Assembly: GCA_000146045.2 (NCBI GenBank)
Contig: BK006938.2
Location: 928,001 to 992,000, forward strand
From: TPA_inf: Saccharomyces
Lineage: Eukaryota
Reading direction: 5' to 3'
DNA length: 64,000 nucleotides
In this document: piece by piece, positions 30,343 to 40,132 of the stretch
How positions within the stretch are numbered: the stretch's first letter is position 1
How the letters are laid out: each line of letters begins with the position of its first letter
Notes under the pieces: generated by a model
Database searches by the model: none
What the model was told of the DNA's origin: nothing
The model's input: the letters and a program-made list of their open reading frames with translations, nothing else
Program-made: the position numbers and the translations under genes

Positions 30343-30680
30343 CTGCGTTGTCCATCCATACGCTTACTGAGACACTATGAAAGCCTGTTTAGTCTTCGGA
30401 AAGCTATTTATTGCTTGCTACTTGAAAACCTTTTGATTATCGATATTTTTTAACGGGACCTTATATAATTATTGCTTGGAAACTAACGGTGTTATAATTT
30501 TTGACAAACTAATTAGCGACGTAATGAAAGCAGAAAAACCGCAAGAATATGAGAAAGGGAAAATATCAAAGAAAACAAAATATATTCCTTATATAACACC
30601 ATCTTTTGTACATAAATGAATTGGCAAGCACATATTGTGCATGCATGCAAGGGGCAGAATCTTAATACTAAGTAATTTAA

Positions 30681-31808
30681 TTATGCAAACATAACCCCGT
30701 ATTGAGGCCTTCCGCCGCATTTAACGACCAAATCTATGAGTTTTAAATCAGACACCCGCCTTAACAGGTCCCATATAGTGCTATCAGATAAAAGTTCGTT
30801 TTCTGTCAATGATGGATTGTAATAATATTTCAGGATAAATTTCTCTATGAGCTGTAATCTTGATCTATTCTGCAAAAAAAACTCAAAGTTCAGACTCCCT
30901 AGTGAATCAGCATACGTGAAATATAATAAAAATATTACAGTCGTAAGGGGTTCAATAGACGCTAGTTTTTGCACTGTAGATCCAGAGACGTATAGGATTA
31001 AATCTATTGATTCAAATAGAGAAACAAAGGTAAACTTAGGGCTTAGGTCAGTTCCTTGCATATCAATACCTTGAAAAAACCATTCTATAAAAGGGGATAT
31101 CACATCATATGGATTCTTCAAAGTAAAATGATTACCTAGAGACTTCACACATTCCCTACGTGTTAAAAAAATATGCATATTGTTGTAAAAGTTTTTAGGG
31201 AAGTCTTCTTTCGATGTATCTTCAGTGTTCATTGAACACAAGTCTAGCTCTTTAGATGTATCAAAATCGCCATTCTGCATATCTTGATAGTGCTTTCTGG
31301 GAAGAAAATGAGAAATATTTTTCAACAGGATAGGATGATGATCTAGTAGTAGTCTAAAAAAAGTTTCATGCTCAAATAATGTAGGGATCACAATATTTCT
31401 TGAATAAGCTTTTATATTACTTACGCCAAACTCCAGGGGATCGAAAAGATATTTTTCCCACATGATCTTCGATAATAATGAAAAAGATGGCTTCAAGCAA
31501 CTATAGAAGAACCTGTTCAAGGTGACCATCGACGGTTCACCCTTTGTGAAAACGAAAATATGTTGAATAATCTCTACAGGTAAATCTTGCAAAGTTAGCT
31601 TTTGATGATGCCTAAGTTTCTTCGCAGGAAGCCTGATAGTCCTTTGATCTTCCGATATTGGCCTCTTGGATGAAACCCGGGTCTCTAAGAGATGCACATG
31701 GTGCTGCAAGTTTATCGAAGACGATGCATACCGATGCAAAGGAAGTGCATGTTTCTTTCTCTTATCATGACGGCTAGAATATCCTGTCAAAATATAACCC
31801 ATGGCCAC
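30681..31808 (-). CDS. YDR249C: Uncharacterised protein, about 373-375 aa
   Basis: Long ORF without recognisable motifs; position matches YDR249C. Confidence 0.7.
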   Translation of the reverse strand: MAMGYILTGYSSRHDKRKKHALPLHRYASSSINLQHHVHLLETRVSSKRPISEDQRTIRLPAKKLRHHQKLTLQDLPVEIIQHIFVFTKGEPSMVTLNRFFYSCLKPSFSLLSKIMWEKYLFDPLEFGVSNIKAYSRNIVIPTLFEHETFFRLLLDHHPILLKNISHFLPRKHYQDMQNGDFDTSKELDLCSMNTEDTSKEDFPKNFYNNMHIFLTRRECVKSLGNHFTLKNPYDVISPFIEWFFQGIDMQGTDLSPKFTFVSLFESIDLILYVSGSTVQKLASIEPLTTVIFLLYFTYADSLGSLNFEFFLQNRSRLQLIEKFILKYYYNPSLTENELLSDSTIWDLLRRVSDLKLIDLVVKCGGRPQYGVMFA

Positions 31809-32613
31809 TTATTCTAAAAATACACTGCGTGAAAAAAGCACTGCTTACTTTAACAACATTAGTCCTCTTTAAATATATTTCATTACTCATCGCAAACTGA
31901 ACAATTCTTGATGCTTAATTCTTACTAGCTGCAAAAAAGACAAGATGAAACGCGGTGTATGGTTGGACGATATAGTCTTATCCTAAATACACACAACATA
32001 TATTGCGTAATAAAGAGATCTTCCTATCTATAGCACAATTTGAAGTTGAAAAGGCGTATCTAAAATGCTAATACTAAACAAGGCATCATGTTTTTGTCCC
32101 ATTCACGTAGCACTGGCGATTTGCTTCCATATTCTTCTGTGTACAATAATAGCTTGGGTGGCTTTTTTCACAATGGGCTCTACGCGAAATTGTCGCAGCC
32201 CCCTGTTGGCCGTGCTGTGGGCCATTCTCGAGACTAGAATGAAACAGAAATCTACAAACATGAAAAGGTAGAGTAAAGTCGAGTAAGTAGTAGAAAAGAA
32301 AAGTGATATTGGCATACACGATAGCGAAGTTGTTCATATCTATTATCACCAGGCCATTCATTAAAAACTTACCGCTAAATTGAAAAAGAGGCGACTGCCA
32401 ACATACTTGCCCTTTTTTTTTTCGCTATTATTAGTGTCCTTTGATTACAAACTACATCCATTCGAAAAGCTTGTAACCAACACTAAAGTCTGTGATTCTA
32501 CCCAAATATTTGCTCTCCGTCATTTCTATTCTGTTTGAACTACTGTGCATATATTTTTCTTTTTGTTTCCTACATTTTATTCCCGGCATATCTCGCGATA
32601 GGTATATTGAATA

Positions 32614-35106
32614 ATGACATCTGCATTAAGGGTTTTGGTATGCGGAGATCACCCAAATCTCATTCTGTACACATCCAGGTTTCAACATGCCAAAAATATA
32701 GAATTTTATCTTGTGAACAACTCAAAAAATGCCAACTACGAGGTTAGTTCACTATTTTATGGGACGGAACGGTTTCAGATTCAAAACCATTTCCAATCGC
32801 TCCTAGATTTAGTAGACCTTAATAATGAAAATGGTGGCTTGGTATTCGACTTGATAATAATGAGTGCGTCTTCACTGCAAGAAATCCCGCAGGTATTGAG
32901 AGATATAAAACCTATGATGAATAAGACAACAAAGATACTATTTGAAAGTAGCGGGTTTATATATTTGGAGCCATTCATCAAGGCTTCAGTTGATCTTTCG
33001 CTGTCAAATATTTTCAGCATTTTCACCGATTATGACATAAGACGGTTGGACAATGGCTCATACAAACAGTTCACGACTGCAAATGCCAAATCCTTTTCTG
33101 TTTCGATCGGTCAAACGACATCCGTTCACGAAAACAGCTATTCAAGTGATATTATTCCTATTTTGAATACATTTCAGAAATTGTTCCAAAAACTGTTTCC
33201 TAGGGACGTTGTGACTCTTTACGATCATTCTCCCTCCGCTTTCTTGGCAAAAGAATGGGAACTAGCTTTGCCTCAAATATGTTTCGATCCATTATTAATA
33301 ATATTAGAAGAGAAGAATCCATCAACCTTGGATGACCACGTTTTGGCCAAACCTCTTATTTCAGGTTTACTAGGCGAGAGCTTATTAATAATAAAAAAAA
33401 TGGGTATAGCCATGAACAATCCAAATTTTCAAAATGAACAGACTATATTGAAACATTGGAAGAATAAGTGCGAAGACTTACCTGATGGGCCGGCACTTTT
33501 ATATAATTTCATCCATAAGGCTTCATCTTTGAATATTGACTTATTGTTATTACAGCCGATATTATTAGCAGATGACTTTGGCGTGAAGACACCATATTTA
33601 GAATGTTTGTTTACAATGATGACTCAATATCAATTGTTAAATAAAGGTGATTCTGAATGGTTTATTAGAAAGGATGAGAACACAGCGTTAACTCGCGTTG
33701 ATGATTTACAAAACAGTATCGCACTTAAAGATGGAAAAATCATGCAGCTGCAAAATTCGGAATCAACCCTGAAAAATGAGATAAAAGAACTTCAAAGTCA
33801 AGTTTTGAGCTTAAAACAAGAAGTGTCCTCAAGTAAAGCAAATAATGGACAAGAGTTGGAAATTTTAAAGAAGAAAGTGCAAATGGGAGACAATTCATTA
33901 TTTGATCGCCCAAATAGTAATACTAATGGTATATCTCCCTCTGATAACATTGTTGATGTTGATTTAAATTACGAAAGGAGTGACCAAGGTAATAATAGTA
34001 GTGGTAATGATAGCAGAAGACAATCTTTTTTCAACTCCACATCTGATACAACATTATCCAGAGATGAAACCTCGTTGAAAGAGCGTGAGTTAGAAGTACG
34101 AATGAAGGAATTAGAACTTCAAGAGCGTGAGTTAGAGTTACAGAGAAAAGCCCTCCAGCAACAACAACAATATCAACAGAGACCGCCTAAGCAAGTATAC
34201 TCCGGTCCTTCTGGTACACCAACCAGCGGCAATAACAATAATAAAAGTTACAATCCAAATAGAAAATCTTCCTATAGTCAGCCTCAACATGTGGCTATGA
34301 TGACCAGCAGAGGTCTACATGGTCCTAGCGCTGCAAGCTCTAGCCCTGTCATTTCTGCCAACAATTTTGTTGATCCAGTTTCTTCTGGGACGCCATATAG
34401 CAGCAATAGTTCTCGATTTAGTCAGCAAATTCCATCGCAGCAATACATGCATACTGTTAAGCCAACGAGTAGAAAAAACAGAAGTAGTGTCATGCCTAAT
34501 ATAGGTTACGTCCCAGGGCTAACCAATAACGAGTATGGTAGAAAGTTTAACGGTAATGGTATGAATGGTACCCAAAGCCGTCTGAATTCACTTTCAAACC
34601 AAAGTACGTTTAGATCTCAACAGGGTCCACCGATAACACAGCAAAAATCGTTTCAAAATAACGGTGGTAGCATGAGGACAAATCGCATACCATCTGCAAA
34701 TTACAATATTTCAAATCAGCAATCGGGTTTTGTTAACTCTATTTCAAGTCCAAATCTAAGCAATTTGGAGAATAGAAACACAGTACAAAACAGTAGAAAT
34801 GCGGATTCTGCTCCGTGCGTTAATCAATTGAACAGTGACTCTCCGCCCCAATTACAGTCTCTATCTCAAAACGGTACCTCAAAAGTTCCTCAGATCAATA
34901 TTACGCAACCATCACCAATTCAGACCAACTTTGCTACGAGTGATAACCCTGCTGCTGTAATAAAACTAGGGACACCTTCTGAAGATACAGTTTCAGCTGC
35001 GGCAACAGCCAATAATATAAGTACAATGGGAGATGAAAGCCGCAAAGAGGACGTTAAGGAAAAAAAGAAGAAAAAGTTCAGTTTCTTTGGAAAAAGGAAA
35101 AAGTAA
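32614..35106 (+). CDS. PAM1: Coiled-coil and N/Q/S-rich protein, multicopy suppressor of PP2A loss, 830 aa
   Basis: 830-aa ORF with a central heptad-rich segment (ELQSQVLSLKQEV..., ERELEVRMKELELQERELELQRKALQQQQQ) and a long N/Q/S-rich tail; recognised as Pam1. Confidence 0.85.
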   Translation: MTSALRVLVCGDHPNLILYTSRFQHAKNIEFYLVNNSKNANYEVSSLFYGTERFQIQNHFQSLLDLVDLNNENGGLVFDLIIMSASSLQEIPQVLRDIKPMMNKTTKILFESSGFIYLEPFIKASVDLSLSNIFSIFTDYDIRRLDNGSYKQFTTANAKSFSVSIGQTTSVHENSYSSDIIPILNTFQKLFQKLFPRDVVTLYDHSPSAFLAKEWELALPQICFDPLLIILEEKNPSTLDDHVLAKPLISGLLGESLLIIKKMGIAMNNPNFQNEQTILKHWKNKCEDLPDGPALLYNFIHKASSLNIDLLLLQPILLADDFGVKTPYLECLFTMMTQYQLLNKGDSEWFIRKDENTALTRVDDLQNSIALKDGKIMQLQNSESTLKNEIKELQSQVLSLKQEVSSSKANNGQELEILKKKVQMGDNSLFDRPNSNTNGISPSDNIVDVDLNYERSDQGNNSSGNDSRRQSFFNSTSDTTLSRDETSLKERELEVRMKELELQERELELQRKALQQQQQYQQRPPKQVYSGPSGTPTSGNNNNKSYNPNRKSSYSQPQHVAMMTSRGLHGPSAASSSPVISANNFVDPVSSGTPYSSNSSRFSQQIPSQQYMHTVKPTSRKNRSSVMPNIGYVPGLTNNEYGRKFNGNGMNGTQSRLNSLSNQSTFRSQQGPPITQQKSFQNNGGSMRTNRIPSANYNISNQQSGFVNSISSPNLSNLENRNTVQNSRNADSAPCVNQLNSDSPPQLQSLSQNGTSKVPQINITQPSPIQTNFATSDNPAAVIKLGTPSEDTVSAAATANNISTMGDESRKEDVKEKKKKKFSFFGKRKK

Positions 35107-35411
35107 CAAATACGCGAGCCCTTGTCTTTCCAATCCAAATAATCCGTTTTTGTTAATGATATGTTATATTTTATCTACTTATACATTTTATCTAAAACAC
35201 TTTCTATTTGGTTAATGACCAACGAGGAAGTTTGTAGCTTCAACACAACTTTAGATCATGTAATAAACGGCATATGCTTTTAAATGCTTTGTTTTGTTTT
35301 TTTCTTTTTTTCCCGCTGTGACAGAAACAATTAAGTTGCGTTAAAAAGGTTCCCTGATAGAAATAAATACGGCTAAATTAAATAAACTACTACATAATCC
35401 TACAACATCAA

Positions 35412-35861
35412 ATGCCTGTAGATCAAGAAAAATTAGCTAAGCTGCACAAGTTATCAGCAGCAAACAAAGTTGGTGGTACCAGAAGGAAAATAAACAAGAA
35501 AGGTAATTTATATAATAACAATGACAAGGATAATACCAAGTTACAAGCTGAACTTCATAAACTGCATCCAATGACCATTGAAAACGTTGCCGAAGCAAAT
35601 TTTTTCAAAAAGAATGGCAAGGTTTTACATTTTAACAGTGCAGTTGTACAGATTGCCCCTCAATGCAATCTCACAATGATTCATGGCCAACCGAAAGAGA
35701 ATACACTTAATGGGCTGTATCCGAGCGTAGCCTCTCAATTAGGTAGCCAAGAACTTGAGTATTTGACAGGTTTGGCTCATAACCTAGAAAATGAACAGAC
35801 GGTGCTCGACCAGCTGGGCGACAGATGCAGCGAGACAAAACAACAAGTGATGAATAGCTGA
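35412..35861 (+). CDS. BTT1: Nascent polypeptide-associated complex beta subunit paralog, 149 aa
   Basis: MPVDQEKLAKLHKLSAANKVGGTRRK... NAC-A/B domain; recognised as Btt1. Confidence 0.88.
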   Translation: MPVDQEKLAKLHKLSAANKVGGTRRKINKKGNLYNNNDKDNTKLQAELHKLHPMTIENVAEANFFKKNGKVLHFNSAVVQIAPQCNLTMIHGQPKENTLNGLYPSVASQLGSQELEYLTGLAHNLENEQTVLDQLGDRCSETKQQVMNS

Positions 35862-35989
35862 CATAGTTCATAATAATTGCCAGTAAACGTTATAGCTAGT
35901 GGCGAATGTCGAAGTGGAAATGCTATCACATTAATGTTGCAGATGAATATATATTTTCTTATTTGAGAAGATACACGCTATTTACTCTT

Positions 35990-36565
35990 TCAGCCATTAC
36001 TGCTACCATTGTGGTTGTTATCTTGACGATGAACGATGTTGGATTGCTTGACTTTTTTCAGTAATTCATTGATACCCTCACCACCCGCAGTTAGTAATTT
36101 AGTCCTGTTTCTCCTACATGTCAGTGTATCATAATGTCTTTTCAATGCATCTTTCCTTGCAAAACCTTTGCCACATTGAGGACAAATGTTAGGCAATATG
36201 GCGAAGTGTGTCTTTTCGTGCCTTCTCAAATCTGATGATCTTGAAAATTCCAACGAACATTTCGCACATTTAAATCTTTTTTCACCAGTACTATTTCTAC
36301 GATCTTGGGGTTTGCTTTTGCTGGACTTCGGTGGTTTTGGTAATGCGTTTTCCTTTTTAACCTTTATGTTACCGCCTTGACTATTTATATCAACACCATT
36401 TTCTGCCGGTATGAGTGCTGGTTTTTTATTTTGTAACCTGTTTTGCCTATTCCTTACCCTTTCTAATAACTCTTTTATTATAGGATCTATGTTATCTATA
36501 TTTAATGATACATCCACTATTGCTTCTGTAGCCTGTTTGATAAATGCAGCATCCTGATCCTCCAT
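35990..36565 (-). CDS. MET32: C2H2 zinc-finger transcription factor of sulfur amino-acid regulation, 191 aa
   Basis: Two C2H2 fingers (FKCAKCSLEFSRSSDLRRHEKTH; CPQCGKGFARKDALKRH); recognised as Met32. Confidence 0.88.
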   Translation of the reverse strand: MEDQDAAFIKQATEAIVDVSLNIDNIDPIIKELLERVRNRQNRLQNKKPALIPAENGVDINSQGGNIKVKKENALPKPPKSSKSKPQDRRNSTGEKRFKCAKCSLEFSRSSDLRRHEKTHFAILPNICPQCGKGFARKDALKRHYDTLTCRRNRTKLLTAGGEGINELLKKVKQSNIVHRQDNNHNGSSNG

Positions 36566-36882
36566 TTGGTACTTTTTTGAAATTTATAATACCTCTTGAC
36601 TTTTTTCCACTATATTATTAACAAATTCTTGGCATATGACATGAAACCCTATTCAATTATCCAGATGCATACATATATACCATGGATAGATATGTATATC
36701 TACTATATCTATATATACCTCGTCAATGTAATGAGGAAAGTTCCGAGGGCGACAAAGAGAACAAATATAGTTTTATTTATAATAATGATACAGAACTCAA
36801 GATTATTTCCTGCTTATTTTAAACTAAAAGTATAGCAAGTTCTAACCCACAATCAGGTTCTTTATTATTGTCAAGAAAATAT

Positions 36883-36943
36883 AAACTGTGGCGTACTAAG
36901 CGTACTAAGTAAGGGACGAAAAACCATCACAAAATGTCACGTG
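36883..36943 (+). promoter_or_regulatory. Met31/Met32 motif AAACTGTGG (36883-36891) plus Cbf1 site TCACGTG (36937-36943) in the MET32/CHL4 divergent intergenic region
   Basis: Exact matches to both consensus motifs, 46 bp apart, the classic architecture of MET-regulon promoters. Confidence 0.55.
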
Positions 36944-37112
36944 CATGTTAGTCCAGTCGGGCAATAGATAGGGACTGTAAATTAAAGTTTATATTGAAAT
37001 AAACAAAGGTAAATGGTAAAAGATTAGAAGCATAGAAAGCATCTGGCGTTATTTTAGCGGGGAAAGATTTTGGTGGATACTATCTTTGACTAGTATATTT
37101 GAGTAGCAATTA

Positions 37113-38489
37113 ATGTCTAACGAATTACGGCTTGAAGATAACTATGTACCAACTTCCGACACACTAGTAGTTTTCAAACAATTGATGAAGCTGCCGGTAA
37201 CGGTATTATATGATCTTACGCTATCATGGTTCGCAAAATTCGGTGGGTCATTTGATGGTGACATATATTTATTGACAGAAACATTAGACTTACTGATTGA
37301 GAAAGGCGTGAGGCGAAATGTTATAGTAAATAGGATATTATACGTATACTGGCCGGATGGCCTGAATGTTTTCCAATTAGCAGAAATAGATTGCCATTTA
37401 ATGATAAGTAAACCAGAGAAATTTAAGTGGCTTCCATCAAAAGCTTTACGGGGAGATGGGAAACCTTACGTAGTAAAGCTCCAACCTGCCAAATTTATAG
37501 AAAATTTACAAACAGATCTAGCGAAAATTTACCATTGTCATGTTTACATGTTTAAACATCCCTCTTTGCCAGTGTTAATTACCAGAATACAGCTATTTGA
37601 CAGCAATAATTTATTTTTGAGTACGCCTAATATAGGGAGTATAAATAAAGAGTCTCTTTACAACAAGTTAGACAAATTCCAAGGGAAACCATTAATATCA
37701 AGGAGACCATATTACGTTGCATTCCCGCTAAATTCTCCAATAATTTTCCATTCAGTTGACAAGGATATTTATGCTAGACTAGTTTTGCAGAGCATTAGTC
37801 GAACGATATCAGAAAGAGAAACAATCATCTTCAAACCGGTACAGAAAATACCCGTGAAATCAATACATAATATAATGACTTTATTAGGACCTTCGAGATT
37901 TGCGGAGTCTATGGGCCCATGGGAATGTTATGCTAGTGCTAACTTTGAACGGTCACCACTACACGACTACAAAAAGCACCAAGGCCTTACTGGTAAAAAG
38001 GTAATGGTTAGAGAATTTGATGATTCTTTCTTAAATGACGATGAGAATTTTTACGGAAAAGAAGAACCTGAAATTAGACGACTAAGGTTAGAGAAAAACA
38101 TGATCAAATTCAAAGGTTCAGCAAACGGCGTAATGGATCAGAAATATAATGATTTGAAAGAATTTAACGAACATGTCCACAATATTAGGAATGGAAAGAA
38201 AAATGAAGATTCTGGTGAGCCAGTGTACATTTCTAGATACAGTTCCTTAGTTCCTATTGAAAAAGTTGGATTCACTTTAAAAAACGAAATAAACAGTAGA
38301 ATAATTACCATAAAATTGAAATTTAATGGTAATGATATTTTTGGGGGATTACACGAACTATGCGATAAAAATTTAATAAATATTGATAAAGTTCCTGGGT
38401 GGTTGGCTGGAGAAAATGGATCGTTCTCAGGAACGATAATGAATGGAGATTTTCAGCGAGAGCAGGTTGCTAAAGGTGGTTTACTGTAG
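37113..38489 (+). CDS. CHL4: Kinetochore (Ctf19/COMA-associated) protein, 458 aa
   Basis: 458-aa ORF MSNELRLEDNYVPTSDTLVVFKQL...; recognised as Chl4. Confidence 0.85.
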   Translation: MSNELRLEDNYVPTSDTLVVFKQLMKLPVTVLYDLTLSWFAKFGGSFDGDIYLLTETLDLLIEKGVRRNVIVNRILYVYWPDGLNVFQLAEIDCHLMISKPEKFKWLPSKALRGDGKPYVVKLQPAKFIENLQTDLAKIYHCHVYMFKHPSLPVLITRIQLFDSNNLFLSTPNIGSINKESLYNKLDKFQGKPLISRRPYYVAFPLNSPIIFHSVDKDIYARLVLQSISRTISERETIIFKPVQKIPVKSIHNIMTLLGPSRFAESMGPWECYASANFERSPLHDYKKHQGLTGKKVMVREFDDSFLNDDENFYGKEEPEIRRLRLEKNMIKFKGSANGVMDQKYNDLKEFNEHVHNIRNGKKNEDSGEPVYISRYSSLVPIEKVGFTLKNEINSRIITIKLKFNGNDIFGGLHELCDKNLINIDKVPGWLAGENGSFSGTIMNGDFQREQVAKGGLL

Positions 38490-38556
38490 AAAACTACTGT
38501 GTTCTGTTATCGCTTCCAATAAAAAAAAAAAAAAAAAACCTATGCAAAAATTTCAG

Positions 38557-39822
38557 TCAAAGCATAACAAAACGAACCTTTTTTGTACTGCTCATTGAAG
38601 TATTTACGGGGCAGTATGGGCACTTGAAAGTAATTGTTCCGTTCTTCGATAATCTGTCTAGCGCCTTTTTAGAAATGATGTGATGGCATGCCAGTGAATA
38701 AGGAGGATTTTCTGTAGTGGTTTCCTCCTTTAAGACGGGACAGATGAAGATCGGATGGAAATGAGTCAGAAAATCTGGTAACTTGACATCAAATGGCAAC
38801 TCATCTTTCGTAGTCCAGTCAACGTGCGCTAACTCCCTGATGGTTTTGTATTTGATGAAAAATTGGAAAGAAATTAAACCACTCAATACTATCAAAAACA
38901 AGGGAGAGTCAAAGAAAATATGTTTTGCAGCACAATATTCTTTTATAAATAACGACGTGCATTCTTTTAATTCCTTATTTACTTTAGAATCAATATCTTC
39001 AATAGGTTGACCTATTAGCGATTTAGTTAATAATGGTACGACGTTTTGCATTAATTCCTTCTCCCTATGTCTAAAGCAATCCAGGGGTGCGTTCTGTGTT
39101 ATTTGGTAGTACAACTCTACCGGATTTCCATGCTTCACTATCTGCATTGCTGACAAAGTGTATAAATCAAATTTTAGGGACGATAAAGCCGTATGGTTAG
39201 ATGATAAGCTTTCCATTTCATTGGAGCACCATTTCAGACAGCTTTCTGTGTCACCCTTTTTAAGATCATGTACGATTTGGCCCATCTCAATAAATTCAGT
39301 AGATTCTTTATTAGTAATTCCGTAGACATCTTTTAGATACTGGAAAGCCTCATTTTTATTTCCTAATGGCATGTTGTCTATACTATACCTCAAAATATGG
39401 TAACCGATGGCTTCATTAACATTTTCCATTGTCTCTTTCGGTAATTTATTGACATATACGCTATCTATATCAAATTCTTTTAATTTGTTCAGCGTGCTTT
39501 TGTTGAAGCGATTCGACTGCTGAGAAACGTACTTTATTTGTTTCTTTACTGAATGGTCCCATTGCCTCTGTGACTTGCTTAGCTTCTCAATAATTAGTTC
39601 TCTTTTTCTCTTAAACTTTTGTTTCTCCTTATCACTCAGCTTATTATAGACTTCTGGTTTTGATTCCTGAATATGCTTGTTTAAGTGCGCTTTCAACTTC
39701 TTTAATTGACTCTTGAATTCATGAGTATGATCAAGACATTTTTGAAGGTTTGTCTCTTCCAGATTGCTGTCGGTATAAAATTTCGCAAACTCTGTCTCAA
39801 AGCTATCTAGTAATTCAGACAT
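38557..39822 (-). CDS. RMD5: GID ubiquitin-ligase complex subunit with CTLH and C-terminal degenerate RING, 421 aa
   Basis: C-terminal CPVLKE...CHHIISKKALDRL...KCPYCP RING-like motif; recognised as Rmd5. Confidence 0.85.
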   Translation of the reverse strand: MSELLDSFETEFAKFYTDSNLEETNLQKCLDHTHEFKSQLKKLKAHLNKHIQESKPEVYNKLSDKEKQKFKRKRELIIEKLSKSQRQWDHSVKKQIKYVSQQSNRFNKSTLNKLKEFDIDSVYVNKLPKETMENVNEAIGYHILRYSIDNMPLGNKNEAFQYLKDVYGITNKESTEFIEMGQIVHDLKKGDTESCLKWCSNEMESLSSNHTALSSLKFDLYTLSAMQIVKHGNPVELYYQITQNAPLDCFRHREKELMQNVVPLLTKSLIGQPIEDIDSKVNKELKECTSLFIKEYCAAKHIFFDSPLFLIVLSGLISFQFFIKYKTIRELAHVDWTTKDELPFDVKLPDFLTHFHPIFICPVLKEETTTENPPYSLACHHIISKKALDRLSKNGTITFKCPYCPVNTSMSSTKKVRFVML

Positions 39823-40132
39823 CGTTTCTTGGTTCCCTACTCAGTGCTGCATCTCTCTTGAAGACACACTTATCTCATACTGAATGTGTTGAACTTTACC
39901 CCTAATAATAGAGATTCCTCAGCTTTTTCCCCGGCGCGACGAGCTTTCCTATGTGTGAAATGATAATTTTTTTAACTTTCTAACACGAGAATATGAGCAT
40001 CACCTATTAGTCGTATAAATAAATAATTCATAACAAAATACATAAATTGTAATAAATAAAATGTGTTAAAAATACACACTATCATAAATAATTGTCGTGG
40101 AAACAACGCCACTCATTTGTTACTTGAGCGTT

